A stretch of DNA of 64,000 nt from Acidimicrobiia bacterium (GTDB lineage: Bacteria; Actinomycetota; Acidimicrobiia; Spongiisociales; ZC4RG35): contig WFOA01000123.1 of the NCBI GenBank assembly GCA_015488325.1, positions 1,226-65,225 of the forward strand, in the 5' to 3' direction. The notes under the pieces are model-generated. The model did no database searches and was not told the origin of the DNA. It worked only from the letters and a program-made list of their open reading frames with translations. This document shows positions 55,984 through 64,000 of this stretch, one piece after another (position 1 is the first letter of the stretch; each line of letters opens with the position of its first letter). The position numbers and the translations under genes were made by a program.

Positions 55984-57534
55984 ATGCCCTCATTCGACGA
56001 CGTGACGCATGCGGTACGGGACATCGTCACCTCCCCTCGGCTCACCTACCGCCAGCGTCTCCACCAACTCGCCCTCGCCGCCGAAGATCTGCTGCCCTAC
56101 CCGGAGATCTCCGCCGACGCCCGCCGGGCCATCGACGAAGGCGTCGTCTGTGACCTCGCCGAAGGTCACGCCCCCTACCGCCCCCGATATGTCCTGCCCG
56201 ACTACGCCACCGCCCTCCGCCAAGGGTCCGACTATCTGGAGCTCGACCCTCCGCAGAGCCTGGAAGAGGCCGTCGACTTCCTCCAGATCCTCTACCACCA
56301 CATCCCGTCCATCACCGGCCTGCCCGTCTACTTCGGGGATCTGGACACGATCCTCGGGCCGTACCTCGACGACACCTGGACCGACGACCGCCTCGACCGC
56401 CTCTTCACGCGGTTCTGGCGTTACCTGGACCGCACCATCCCCGACGCCTTCGCCCACGCCAACATCGGCCCGGACGACACCCCGATCACCCGGTCGATCC
56501 TGCGGGTGGATCGCGCCCTGGCGCAGGTGGTACCCAACCTCACCTTGAAATGGGATCCGGTGGTGTCCGGAGACGGACTGTTGCGGGAAGCGGCCGTCGC
56601 CATCGCCGAAGTGAACAAACCGCACATCGCCAACGACCCGCTGATCCGCCGCGACTTCCCCGAGGGGTACGGGGTCGTGAGTTGCTACAACACCCTCCCC
56701 CTCGGCGGCGGCTCCCACACCCTCGTCCGTCTCAACCTGCACGCCAGCCTCGCCCACCACACCGGCTCGATCGAGCGTTACCTCACCCGCACGCTGCCCG
56801 ACCACGTCGAACTCACCTTCGAGGTGATGGAGGCCCGTATCCGTTTCCTGGTGGAAGAGGCCGCCTTCTACGAGCACTCGTTCCTCGTCGACGAAGGCCT
56901 CATCCATCCGGAGCGGTTCACCGCCATGTTCGGGATCTTCGGCGTGGCCGAACTGGTGGAAGGGTTGCTCCCCGGCTGCACCTACGGGCGCCACGACGAA
57001 GCCGCCGACCTGGCCCGGCAGGTGATCGACACGATCGCCGACATCGTCCGGTCACGGCCGGTCCCCTACTGCCGGAACGACCGCGCGCTCCTCCACGCCC
57101 AGTCGGGGATCGCCGACGACGTCGGCGTGACCGCCGGGGCGAGGGTGCGGATCGGAGCCGAACCCGAACTCGTCGACCACATCCTCACCGTGGCCCCCCA
57201 TCATCCCCGCTTCCCGGCGGGCATCAGCGACATCTTCGCCCTCGAACGGTCGGTCCGCGCCAACCCCCAGGCGATCGCCGACGTGACCAAAGGGGCCTTC
57301 GCCCGGGGGATGCGGGAGATCACCTTCAACGTCGAAGGCTCCGACCTGGTCCGCGTCACCGGATACATGGTCCGCCTCTCCGACGTCGAGAAGCTGCGCC
57401 GGGAGGCTTCACGGATCAACAGCACCGGACTCGGCGCCGACTCCATCGAGAACTGGCGGCTCCTCGATCGCGTCCCCAGGGTCATCGGAATGGAGACCGA
57501 CCCGCGGATGCGGTCGCTCCTCCGTTCCGGATGA
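55984..57534 (+). CDS. yjjI: YjjI-family glycyl-radical enzyme (DUF3029), substrate unknown
   Basis: ATG at 55984 after GGAGGA. 516 aa, the same length as E. coli YjjI. C-terminal glycyl-radical signature DLVRVTGYMVRLS (Gly codon 57361..57363) lies about 57 aa from the end. The stop overlaps the start of the activase gene (ATGA). Confidence 0.7.
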   Translation: MPSFDDVTHAVRDIVTSPRLTYRQRLHQLALAAEDLLPYPEISADARRAIDEGVVCDLAEGHAPYRPRYVLPDYATALRQGSDYLELDPPQSLEEAVDFLQILYHHIPSITGLPVYFGDLDTILGPYLDDTWTDDRLDRLFTRFWRYLDRTIPDAFAHANIGPDDTPITRSILRVDRALAQVVPNLTLKWDPVVSGDGLLREAAVAIAEVNKPHIANDPLIRRDFPEGYGVVSCYNTLPLGGGSHTLVRLNLHASLAHHTGSIERYLTRTLPDHVELTFEVMEARIRFLVEEAAFYEHSFLVDEGLIHPERFTAMFGIFGVAELVEGLLPGCTYGRHDEAADLARQVIDTIADIVRSRPVPYCRNDRALLHAQSGIADDVGVTAGARVRIGAEPELVDHILTVAPHHPRFPAGISDIFALERSVRANPQAIADVTKGAFARGMREITFNVEGSDLVRVTGYMVRLSDVEKLRREASRINSTGLGADSIENWRLLDRVPRVIGMETDPRMRSLLRSG

Positions 57535-58412
57535 GCCTCGCCGTCCGTCATCCCCTCGACCGCGACGGCGAGATCCTCGAAGTCGCCGGGGTGGCCCCGT
57601 CGAGTTTCGTCGACGGGCCAGGCAACCGCTACGTCCTGTTCCTCCAAGGCTGCAACTTCGACTGTCCCGCCTGCCACAACCCGACCACCATCGGGCGCTG
57701 TGACGGCTGCGGCGTCTGCATCGACGTGTGCGCCCTCGAAGCCCTCACCCTCCCCGTCACCGGCACGGTCCTCTTCCATCCTGACCGCTGCGACTCGTGC
57801 GGAGACTGCCTCCGGGTCTGTCCCACCGACGCCGACCCCACCATCCGACCGCTCCCCGTCGACGAGGTGGTGTCCGACATCGCCGTCCACGCCCCGTTCG
57901 TCTCCGGCGTCACCGTGAGCGGCGGCGAACCGACCCTGCAGCTCGACGGCCTGATCCGGCTGTTCAGCCGCCTCCGCGACGACCCCGGCCTCGCCCACCT
58001 CGAACGTCTGGTGGACACCAACGGCAGCCTCGACCGGGACGGCTGGGAACGGCTGCTGAAGGTGATCGACGGGGCGATGGTCGACCTCAAAGCCGCCTCC
58101 CCCGAGCGGCACCGTCGCCTCACCGGACACGACATCGAACCGGTCATCGAGTCGCTCCGGCTCCTCGCCGAACGGAACAAACTCACCGAGGTCCGCCTGC
58201 TCGTCATCGAAGGTGAAACCGACGACGAGACCGAGCTCCTCGCCTGGGCCGGGATCGTCCGGTCGGTAGACCCGTCGGTCCCGGTACGGCTGATGCCGTT
58301 CCGACGCCAGGGAACCCGACCGCTCGCCCGGCGATGGCATGACACGACACCCGAAGCCATCGCCCGGGCCCGGACCGTCCTCGCCGCCGCCGGACTGCGG
58401 AACGTCCGTTGA
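57531..58412 (+). CDS. yjjW: glycyl-radical enzyme activating protein (radical SAM, YjjW type with ferredoxin-like inserts)
   Basis: SFVDGPGNRYVLFLQGCNFDCPACHNP is the CX3CX2C radical-SAM site. Two extra Cys clusters (CDGCGVCIDVC, CDSCGDCLRVC) are typical of GRE activases. GGEPTL is the SAM-binding motif. Confidence 0.8.
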   Translation: MSLAVRHPLDRDGEILEVAGVAPSSFVDGPGNRYVLFLQGCNFDCPACHNPTTIGRCDGCGVCIDVCALEALTLPVTGTVLFHPDRCDSCGDCLRVCPTDADPTIRPLPVDEVVSDIAVHAPFVSGVTVSGGEPTLQLDGLIRLFSRLRDDPGLAHLERLVDTNGSLDRDGWERLLKVIDGAMVDLKAASPERHRRLTGHDIEPVIESLRLLAERNKLTEVRLLVIEGETDDETELLAWAGIVRSVDPSVPVRLMPFRRQGTRPLARRWHDTTPEAIARARTVLAAAGLRNVR

Positions 58413-58452
58413 CCGGCCTCGCAACCTTCCGGTGTCGATACGCTGAACGGAC

Positions 58453-60861
58453 GTGACCACCCCCGGGCTGCAAGCCTTCACCGAGTTCAGGGCATCCCTC
58501 GTCGAGGCGCCGGTCGGCGACGGAGGCGTCGACGTGTGTGAGGCCCTCACCTCCCTCCTCGACGCGGCCGTCGAAGAGCTCGCCTCCGACCTGGGTGGAG
58601 GTGCAGCGGTGGTCGCCGTCGGCGGATACGGCCGTCGGGAACAATGCCTGTGGTCGGACCTCGACGTCATGGTGCTGCACGCCGGGGACGACCCCGAGCC
58701 GCTGGTCCGCAGCGTCCTCTACCCCCTGTGGGACGCCCACCTGGCGGTCGGTCACGCGGTCCGCACCGTCGCCGAATGCCGCGCCGCCGCCGTCGACGAC
58801 TTCGAGACGCTCACGTCGCTGCTGTCGGCTCGGCTGGTCGCCGGCGACCAGGGCCTCTACGACGACCTGATCGCCACCCTCACCGATCTGGTCCGACACC
58901 GGCCCCTCACCCCCGACCTCGTCACCCGAGAACGTGAACGCAGGGCACGCGAGCCCTACCCGGTGATGGCGGCAGACCTGAAGGAGAGCCGAGGGGCCCT
59001 CCGCACCCACCAGGGGTTCTGGTGGGAGCGGCGGCGGGCCCAGCTCGTCGGGTTCGCCACCCACGACCCGTCGGTAGAGGAGACCGACGCCCGTCGCGTC
59101 CTCCTCCAGGCCCGCAACGCCCTCCACGCCGTGTCCGGACGGGCGATGGACCGCTACGTCGTCGACCTGCGGGAAGCGGCCGCCGCCTGGCTCAGAACCG
59201 ACGTCTACGAGCTGTCTGCCCGCCTGATGCATGCCCTCGAACGGGGTGACCGGCTGGCCGACCGCTGGTGGCCCGACCTCCACACCGAACACGACCCTCT
59301 GGTCGGGTTCGGACGGAGACTGTTCGGACGGGTCCGCAGTCGCTTCGGCCCGGACGCCGACGGCACCCCCGCCGACTCGGTCCTGGAGGTGGCGGTGAGG
59401 GCAGCCGGCCGCCGCTCGGGTGTCTCCTTACATCCCCGGGAAGAAGAGCTGATCCGCCATGCCGAACCGGCCACCTGGACGGCGGCCGACCGGGCCGCGT
59501 TCGTGAAGCTGCTCGCCGCCGGCGAACGCGGTCGGGCCGTCTTCGGTCTCCTCGAAGACCTGGGCTGGGTGGACCGCGAGCTGCCCGAGTGGGGACCGGT
59601 CGCCACCGCACCCCAGCTTGCGCCATTCCACGACCATCCCGTCGGAGCCCACCTGTGGCGGACCGCGGCCGAGATGCGGAACCTCATCGAAGACCACGGG
59701 CCGGTCGGTCAGGTCGCCGCCGAGCTCGGCGACACCGAAGAGTTGTTCCTCGCCGCGTTCTTCCACGACATCGGCAAGGCACGTGACGGCGACCATTCGG
59801 AGATCGGCGCCGAACTCACCTCCGGTTTCCTCCGCCGTCACGGGTTCGGAGCGGCGACCTCCGGTGTGGTGGTCGACGTCGTCCGTCACCACCTGCTGCT
59901 GTCCGAGACCGCCACCCGCCGCGACATCGACGACCCGGCCGTGATCGACGAAGTCGCCGCGGTCGTCGGTGATCTGCGTCGACTCCAGGTCCTCTATCTG
60001 GTCACCATCGCCGACCTCCGGGCCACCGGCACCACCATGTGGAACTCGTGGCGAGCGACGCTGCTGCGGCGCCTGTACGAGCGGGTCCGGGAAGCCCTCG
60101 AAGCCGGCGGTGCCGTCCCGGCGACCCCGGACGTGGACTCGGTCCTCGCCGTCTGCGACGCCCACCAGGACCGCCGGGCGGTCGAAGAGCACGTGGCGGC
60201 GATGCCTTCGGACTACCTGGCCACATCCAGCCCCACCGAGGTCCTCTGGCATCTCCAGGTCGCAGACACCCTCGACGGGCCGGCGGCGGTCGTCCCCGAC
60301 CCTCAGGATCCAGGACGGGTGCTGGTGGCGGGCCGTGACCGGGCCGGGTTCCTGGTGGCGGTGACCCGGGCGTTCACCTCCCACGGCGTGGCCGTCCTCG
60401 ACGCCCGTCTCCGCACCCGAGCCGACGGTGTCGCCCTCGACACCTTCCACGTCGTCGACGACCGGACCGGCGACCCGGTCCCGCCCGGGCGGTGGCCGAA
60501 GGTGGCAGCCGACCTGGTGGATGGACTCGAAGGGCGCCGCGACCTGGCGGTGGCGTCCCGTCGACGGACCGAGAGCTACCGCCCTCGACGTCCCATGGCA
60601 CGGGCCGCCGTATCCGTCCGGCGGGAAGGCAGATACACCATCGTCGAGGTCCGAGCTCCCGACCGGGTGGGTCTCCTGGCCGAGATCGTCGAAGCCCTCT
60701 ACCTGGAAGGCCTCGACATCCACCTCGCCCGGATCGACACGATGGGAGGCGAAGCCCGTGACGTGTTCTTCACCCGCCGGGTCGGCGGCATCCCCATATT
60801 GGTGGAGGAGGAGCTGGCGGCCCTCCGGCGAAGGCTGGAGGACCGCCTCGACTCCCTGTAG
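58453..60861 (+). CDS. glnD: [protein-PII] uridylyltransferase/uridylyl-removing enzyme
   Basis: 802 aa with a nucleotidyltransferase domain (VVAVGGYGRREQCLWSDLDVMVLH), an HD domain (HDIGKARDGDH ... HHLLLS) and two C-terminal ACT domains. Confidence 0.85.
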   Translation: MTTPGLQAFTEFRASLVEAPVGDGGVDVCEALTSLLDAAVEELASDLGGGAAVVAVGGYGRREQCLWSDLDVMVLHAGDDPEPLVRSVLYPLWDAHLAVGHAVRTVAECRAAAVDDFETLTSLLSARLVAGDQGLYDDLIATLTDLVRHRPLTPDLVTRERERRAREPYPVMAADLKESRGALRTHQGFWWERRRAQLVGFATHDPSVEETDARRVLLQARNALHAVSGRAMDRYVVDLREAAAAWLRTDVYELSARLMHALERGDRLADRWWPDLHTEHDPLVGFGRRLFGRVRSRFGPDADGTPADSVLEVAVRAAGRRSGVSLHPREEELIRHAEPATWTAADRAAFVKLLAAGERGRAVFGLLEDLGWVDRELPEWGPVATAPQLAPFHDHPVGAHLWRTAAEMRNLIEDHGPVGQVAAELGDTEELFLAAFFHDIGKARDGDHSEIGAELTSGFLRRHGFGAATSGVVVDVVRHHLLLSETATRRDIDDPAVIDEVAAVVGDLRRLQVLYLVTIADLRATGTTMWNSWRATLLRRLYERVREALEAGGAVPATPDVDSVLAVCDAHQDRRAVEEHVAAMPSDYLATSSPTEVLWHLQVADTLDGPAAVVPDPQDPGRVLVAGRDRAGFLVAVTRAFTSHGVAVLDARLRTRADGVALDTFHVVDDRTGDPVPPGRWPKVAADLVDGLEGRRDLAVASRRRTESYRPRRPMARAAVSVRREGRYTIVEVRAPDRVGLLAEIVEALYLEGLDIHLARIDTMGGEARDVFFTRRVGGIPILVEEELAALRRRLEDRLDSL

Positions 60862-60873
60862 GTACCGGTCGGT

Positions 60874-61212
60874 TCAGAGGGCGTCCCGGTCGCGCTCGCC
60901 GGTCCGGATCCTGATCACCGCGTCGACGTCGGTGATCCAGATCTTTCCGTCGCCGATCTGGCCGGTGACGGCGGCCGAACGAACCGCGTCGGCGACGGCA
61001 GCGGCGTCGTCGGCGTCCACCAACACCTCCAGCTTGGCTTTGGGCATGAACTCCACCTTGTATTCGGCGCCCCGGTACGTCTCCGAATGTCCGCCCTGGC
61101 GGCCGAATCCTTTCACCTCGGTGACGGTGATCCCTTTCACGCCGACCTTGCGCAACGCCTCTTTGATCTCGTCGACCTTGTGCGGCCTGACGACCGCGGT
61201 TACCAGCTTCAT
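60874..61212 (-). CDS. glnK: nitrogen regulatory protein P-II
   Basis: ATG at 61212 gives MKLVTAVVRPHKVDEIKEALRKVGVKGITVTEVKGFGRQGGHSETYRGAEYKVEFMPKAKLEVLV, the T-loop RGAEY. 112 aa. Downstream of amtB. Confidence 0.9.
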   Translation of the reverse strand: MKLVTAVVRPHKVDEIKEALRKVGVKGITVTEVKGFGRQGGHSETYRGAEYKVEFMPKAKLEVLVDADDAAAVADAVRSAAVTGQIGDGKIWITDVDAVIRIRTGERDRDAL

Positions 61213-61226
61213 GTGCTCCGCTCCTC

Positions 61227-62558
61227 TCAACCTGCGGACAGCGCCGACACGTCGGGACCGTACCCGGGGGATCCGTGCTCGGCGACGTCGAGCCCTTCGA
61301 TCTCCTCCTCCGGCGGGACCCGCAGCCCGATGGTCGCCTTGATCGCGTAGAACAGCGCCCCGGAGGTGACGGTGACGAACACGAAGACGGCCACCACCCC
61401 GATGATCTGAGATCCGAGCTGCGCCCAGCCACCCCCATAGAACAGACCGGTGTCGGTGGCCAACAGGCCGACCATCAACGTCCCGAAGGCTCCGCAGACA
61501 CCGTGGACCGAGACGGCCCCGACGGGGTCGTCGATCCCGCGGCGGTCGAAGAAGATCACCGAGTAGACGACGATGATGCCTGCCAGCGCCCCGATGACGA
61601 GCGCCCCCCAGTTGGAGACGTTCGCCGTCCCGGCGGTGATCCCCACGAGGCCGCCGAGCACCCCGTTGCCGGCCATCGCCACGTCGGGTACGCCGGTCTT
61701 CAACCAGATGGTGATGGTCGCCAGCACACCCCCGGCTGCGCCGGCGATGAGGGTGGTGACGGCGATCCTCGGCACCGCCGCGTCGGCGGCGAGCTGCGAA
61801 CCGGGGTTGAAGCCGAACCAGCCGATGAAGAGGATGAAGACACCGACGATGGCGAAGGGGATCGAATGACCCGGGATAGCCCGGGGTTTTCCGTCGGCGT
61901 CGTACTTCCCGATGCGGGGTCCGAGGACCAACGCCCCCATCAGAGCCGCCCATCCTCCGACACCGTGGACGATGGTGGAACCGGCGAAGTCGATCATCGG
62001 GGTGGAGAGCTGAGCCAGCCAGCCGCCGCCCCAGAGCCAGTGGACGACCACCGGATAGATGATGGCGGTGATGACGAAGCTGTAGACGAAGTAGCTCTTG
62101 AACCTGGTGCGTTCCGCCATCGCGCCGGAGACGATCGTCGCCGCGGTGGCGGCGAACGCCACCTGGAACAGGAAGAAGGTGGCGAGGGACAGATTCCCGA
62201 AGGTCCCTTCGGTGAAATGACCAGGGTCGAGGAACCACCCGTTCGTCCCGAAGAAGGCGTTCCCCGCCCCGAACGCGATGGCGAACCCGATCGCCCCGAA
62301 GGCGAGCACCCCCGCCGAGAAGTCCATCAGGTTCTTCATCATGATGTTCGCCACGTTCTTGGCACGGGTGAGCCCCGCCTCCACGAGGGCGAACCCCGCC
62401 TGCATCAGGATGACCAGGATCGCAGCGGTCACGATCCAGATGTTGTCGAGGGTCGCCTGCACCGACTCGGCGGTGATCTCCTGCGCCCAGGCGGGGCTGG
62501 CCGACACGAGGGTCAGCAGGGCGGTCGTCGCCGCGACGGACAGCACTCTTCGTCTCAT
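61227..62558 (-). CDS. amtB: ammonium transporter
   Basis: Signal peptide then QAGFALVEAGLTRAKNVANIMMKNLMDFS ..., the Amt/MEP family. 443 aa. Confidence 0.9.
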   Translation of the reverse strand: MRRRVLSVAATTALLTLVSASPAWAQEITAESVQATLDNIWIVTAAILVILMQAGFALVEAGLTRAKNVANIMMKNLMDFSAGVLAFGAIGFAIAFGAGNAFFGTNGWFLDPGHFTEGTFGNLSLATFFLFQVAFAATAATIVSGAMAERTRFKSYFVYSFVITAIIYPVVVHWLWGGGWLAQLSTPMIDFAGSTIVHGVGGWAALMGALVLGPRIGKYDADGKPRAIPGHSIPFAIVGVFILFIGWFGFNPGSQLAADAAVPRIAVTTLIAGAAGGVLATITIWLKTGVPDVAMAGNGVLGGLVGITAGTANVSNWGALVIGALAGIIVVYSVIFFDRRGIDDPVGAVSVHGVCGAFGTLMVGLLATDTGLFYGGGWAQLGSQIIGVVAVFVFVTVTSGALFYAIKATIGLRVPPEEEIEGLDVAEHGSPGYGPDVSALSAG

Positions 62559-62671
62559 ATCGCCTCCTGTTGGGTGACGGCGGCGAAGCTACGGGGAGGA
62601 GATTGCGGCGCGGTCGCGGGACTGTTGTCGTTTCGTTTCGGACCGGTGAACGGCTTGTGACGGAGGCGGCT

Positions 62672-63505
62672 TCAGCGGTCCCGAAGGAACCGTTCGATCT
62701 CCTCCACCAGCCGTCGACCCTCCGCGTCGCCGTCGGCGCGGGATTCCTGTTCCAGCTCGCGTACGTAGTCGGCCAGCCCTTCGGACTCCTCCAGCACCGC
62801 CTCCATCGTCCGTCGGAACTCCGCCACCTCCGCCGTGAACGCCGACGTGTCGACGGTGATGCCCAGGAGCTCGGATGCCTTCTCCAACAGGGCGAGGGCC
62901 CCCGGCGGGTAGGCCTGGGCCGAGAGGTAGTGGGGAACGGCCGCCCACACGCTCACGGTGTCGATTCCGGCGTCGCCCAACGCCACGTTGAGGGCACCGA
63001 TGATCCCGGTGGGACCTTCATATCCGGAGATGAGCAGCCCCCGGTCCCGGAGACGGTCCGGGTCACCTCCCACACCCACCAGGGGGACCGGAAGCGTGTG
63101 GGGCACCTGCCCGATGAACGCGCCCAACGTCACCGCCGCGTCGACACCGAGTTCGACCATCACGTCGGCGATGAGACGGGTGAACGCCTTCCATCGGATG
63201 TTCGGTTCGGCACCCCGAACGACGACGAGGTCCCGTCCCGACCCTTCGAGACGCAGCCCGAGGATCTCGACTTCGGGCCACACCAGTCTGCGGTGTTCAC
63301 CCCCCTCCAACTCGACCACCGGCCTCGTCACCTGGAAGTCGAAGAACCCGTCCGGGTCGATCGACGCGACCGGCATCACCTGTCCCCGTCCGAGCAGATA
63401 CTCGACGGCGGCGCTCGAGGCCTCCCCGGCGTCTCCCCATCCGGTGAACGCCACCACCGCCGATGGTGCGTGCAGCGGCGCATGGTCGTGGCGGACCAGC
63501 TCCAT
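62672..63505 (-). CDS. PAC2-family protein (proteasome-assembly-chaperone-2-like)
   Basis: ATG at 63505 gives MELVRHDHAPLHAPSAVVAFTGWGDAGEASSAAVEYL ... the PAC2 fold pattern. 278 aa. Confidence 0.6.
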   Translation of the reverse strand: MELVRHDHAPLHAPSAVVAFTGWGDAGEASSAAVEYLLGRGQVMPVASIDPDGFFDFQVTRPVVELEGGEHRRLVWPEVEILGLRLEGSGRDLVVVRGAEPNIRWKAFTRLIADVMVELGVDAAVTLGAFIGQVPHTLPVPLVGVGGDPDRLRDRGLLISGYEGPTGIIGALNVALGDAGIDTVSVWAAVPHYLSAQAYPPGALALLEKASELLGITVDTSAFTAEVAEFRRTMEAVLEESEGLADYVRELEQESRADGDAEGRRLVEEIERFLRDR

Positions 63506-63515
63506 GCCCGAGAGG

Positions 63516-64000
63516 CTACTCAGGGCGCAGGGTGGAGGTCGGAGCCAGGATCCTACGGAGGAACGAGACGGTCCGCTCCCAGGCGACACCGGTCGCCGAA
63601 GGGGCGAAGGTCGGCTCGGCCGGATCGGCGAAGCCGTGGGCAGTCGCCGGGTAGACGTGGAAGGTGGCGTCCCGACCCAGATCCCTCAGCCCCCGTTCCA
63701 GGTCGGCGGCCACGTGAGGTGAAGCCCAACGGTCCTCAGAAGCGTAGTGGCCCAGGAACGCCGCCTCCGCCCGACCGAAGTCGGGACGCACGTCGGTCCA
63801 CGGGACCGCCCCGTAGTACGTGACGCAGGCGGCGACTCGGCGGTCCAACGTGCTGAGCCACAGGGCGAGGCCGCCGCCGAACGAGTATCCGACGATCCCG
63901 ACCCGCTCGCCCGTCACCGCCGGATGGGCGACGAGGGCGTCGACGGCGGCGGCGAGATGCGACGACACGGTGGGAGGGTCGAGGGCCATCATCAGCTCTT
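63516..64000 (-). CDS. dienelactone-hydrolase-family protein, C-terminal part (the 5' end probably lies beyond the window)
   Basis: GIVGYSFGGGLAL (nucleophile elbow) ... HVYPATAHGF (catalytic His). A 158-aa fragment is short for a DLH, and the reading frame is open to the window edge. Confidence 0.55.
   Translation of the reverse strand, partial: ELMMALDPPTVSSHLAAAVDALVAHPAVTGERVGIVGYSFGGGLALWLSTLDRRVAACVTYYGAVPWTDVRPDFGRAEAAFLGHYASEDRWASPHVAADLERGLRDLGRDATFHVYPATAHGFADPAEPTFAPSATGVAWERTVSFLRRILAPTSTLRPE

Overview
This is a 64 kb high-GC (about 70%) actinobacterial chromosomal segment. It is densely coding on both strands, and I saw no transposase, integrase or CRISPR array. All calls come from reading the six-frame translations and the DNA by eye; no database searches were run.

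The recognisable core genes are:
- a cytochrome c maturation cluster (ccmH, ccmF, resA/ccmG on the minus strand, divergent ccdA);
- a purine biosynthesis block (purF-purM and purL-purQ-purS-purC);
- tdh-kbl threonine catabolism and pfkA;
- nitrogen regulation genes (glnD convergent with amtB-glnK), lnt, an M3 metallopeptidase and tryptophanase;
- several hot-dog thioesterases, two F420-type enzymes (an LLM oxidoreductase and a PPOX-class protein), and tRNA-Asp plus tRNA-Phe.

Three items deserve a second look:
- A SelW/Rdx-family selenoprotein gene on the minus strand (53137..53367) has an in-frame TGA (CxxU motif) and a plausible bSECIS hairpin 11 nt downstream. The ORF track and standard gene callers miss it.
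- A YjjI-family glycyl-radical enzyme (C-terminal RVTGY motif) is paired with a YjjW-type radical-SAM activase at 55984..58412. The function of this family is unknown, and finding it in a high-GC actinobacterium is unusual.
- A four-gene minus-strand cluster encodes a secreted tandem-domain protein, an ECF sigma factor, a single-pass anti-sigma-like protein and a lipoprotein. Two of these proteins carry very long poly-Asp/Glu tails.

Other points of interest are an AtuA-family gene followed by an unrecognised 558-aa Rossmann-fold protein, a polytopic membrane protein with a C-terminal alpha/beta-hydrolase domain next to the ccm genes, and an orphan dual-GAF histidine kinase. The very long ORFs in the track (for example 798..4277, 10615..13530, 19028..22090, 46962..50228) are stop-free wrong-frame or antisense artefacts.
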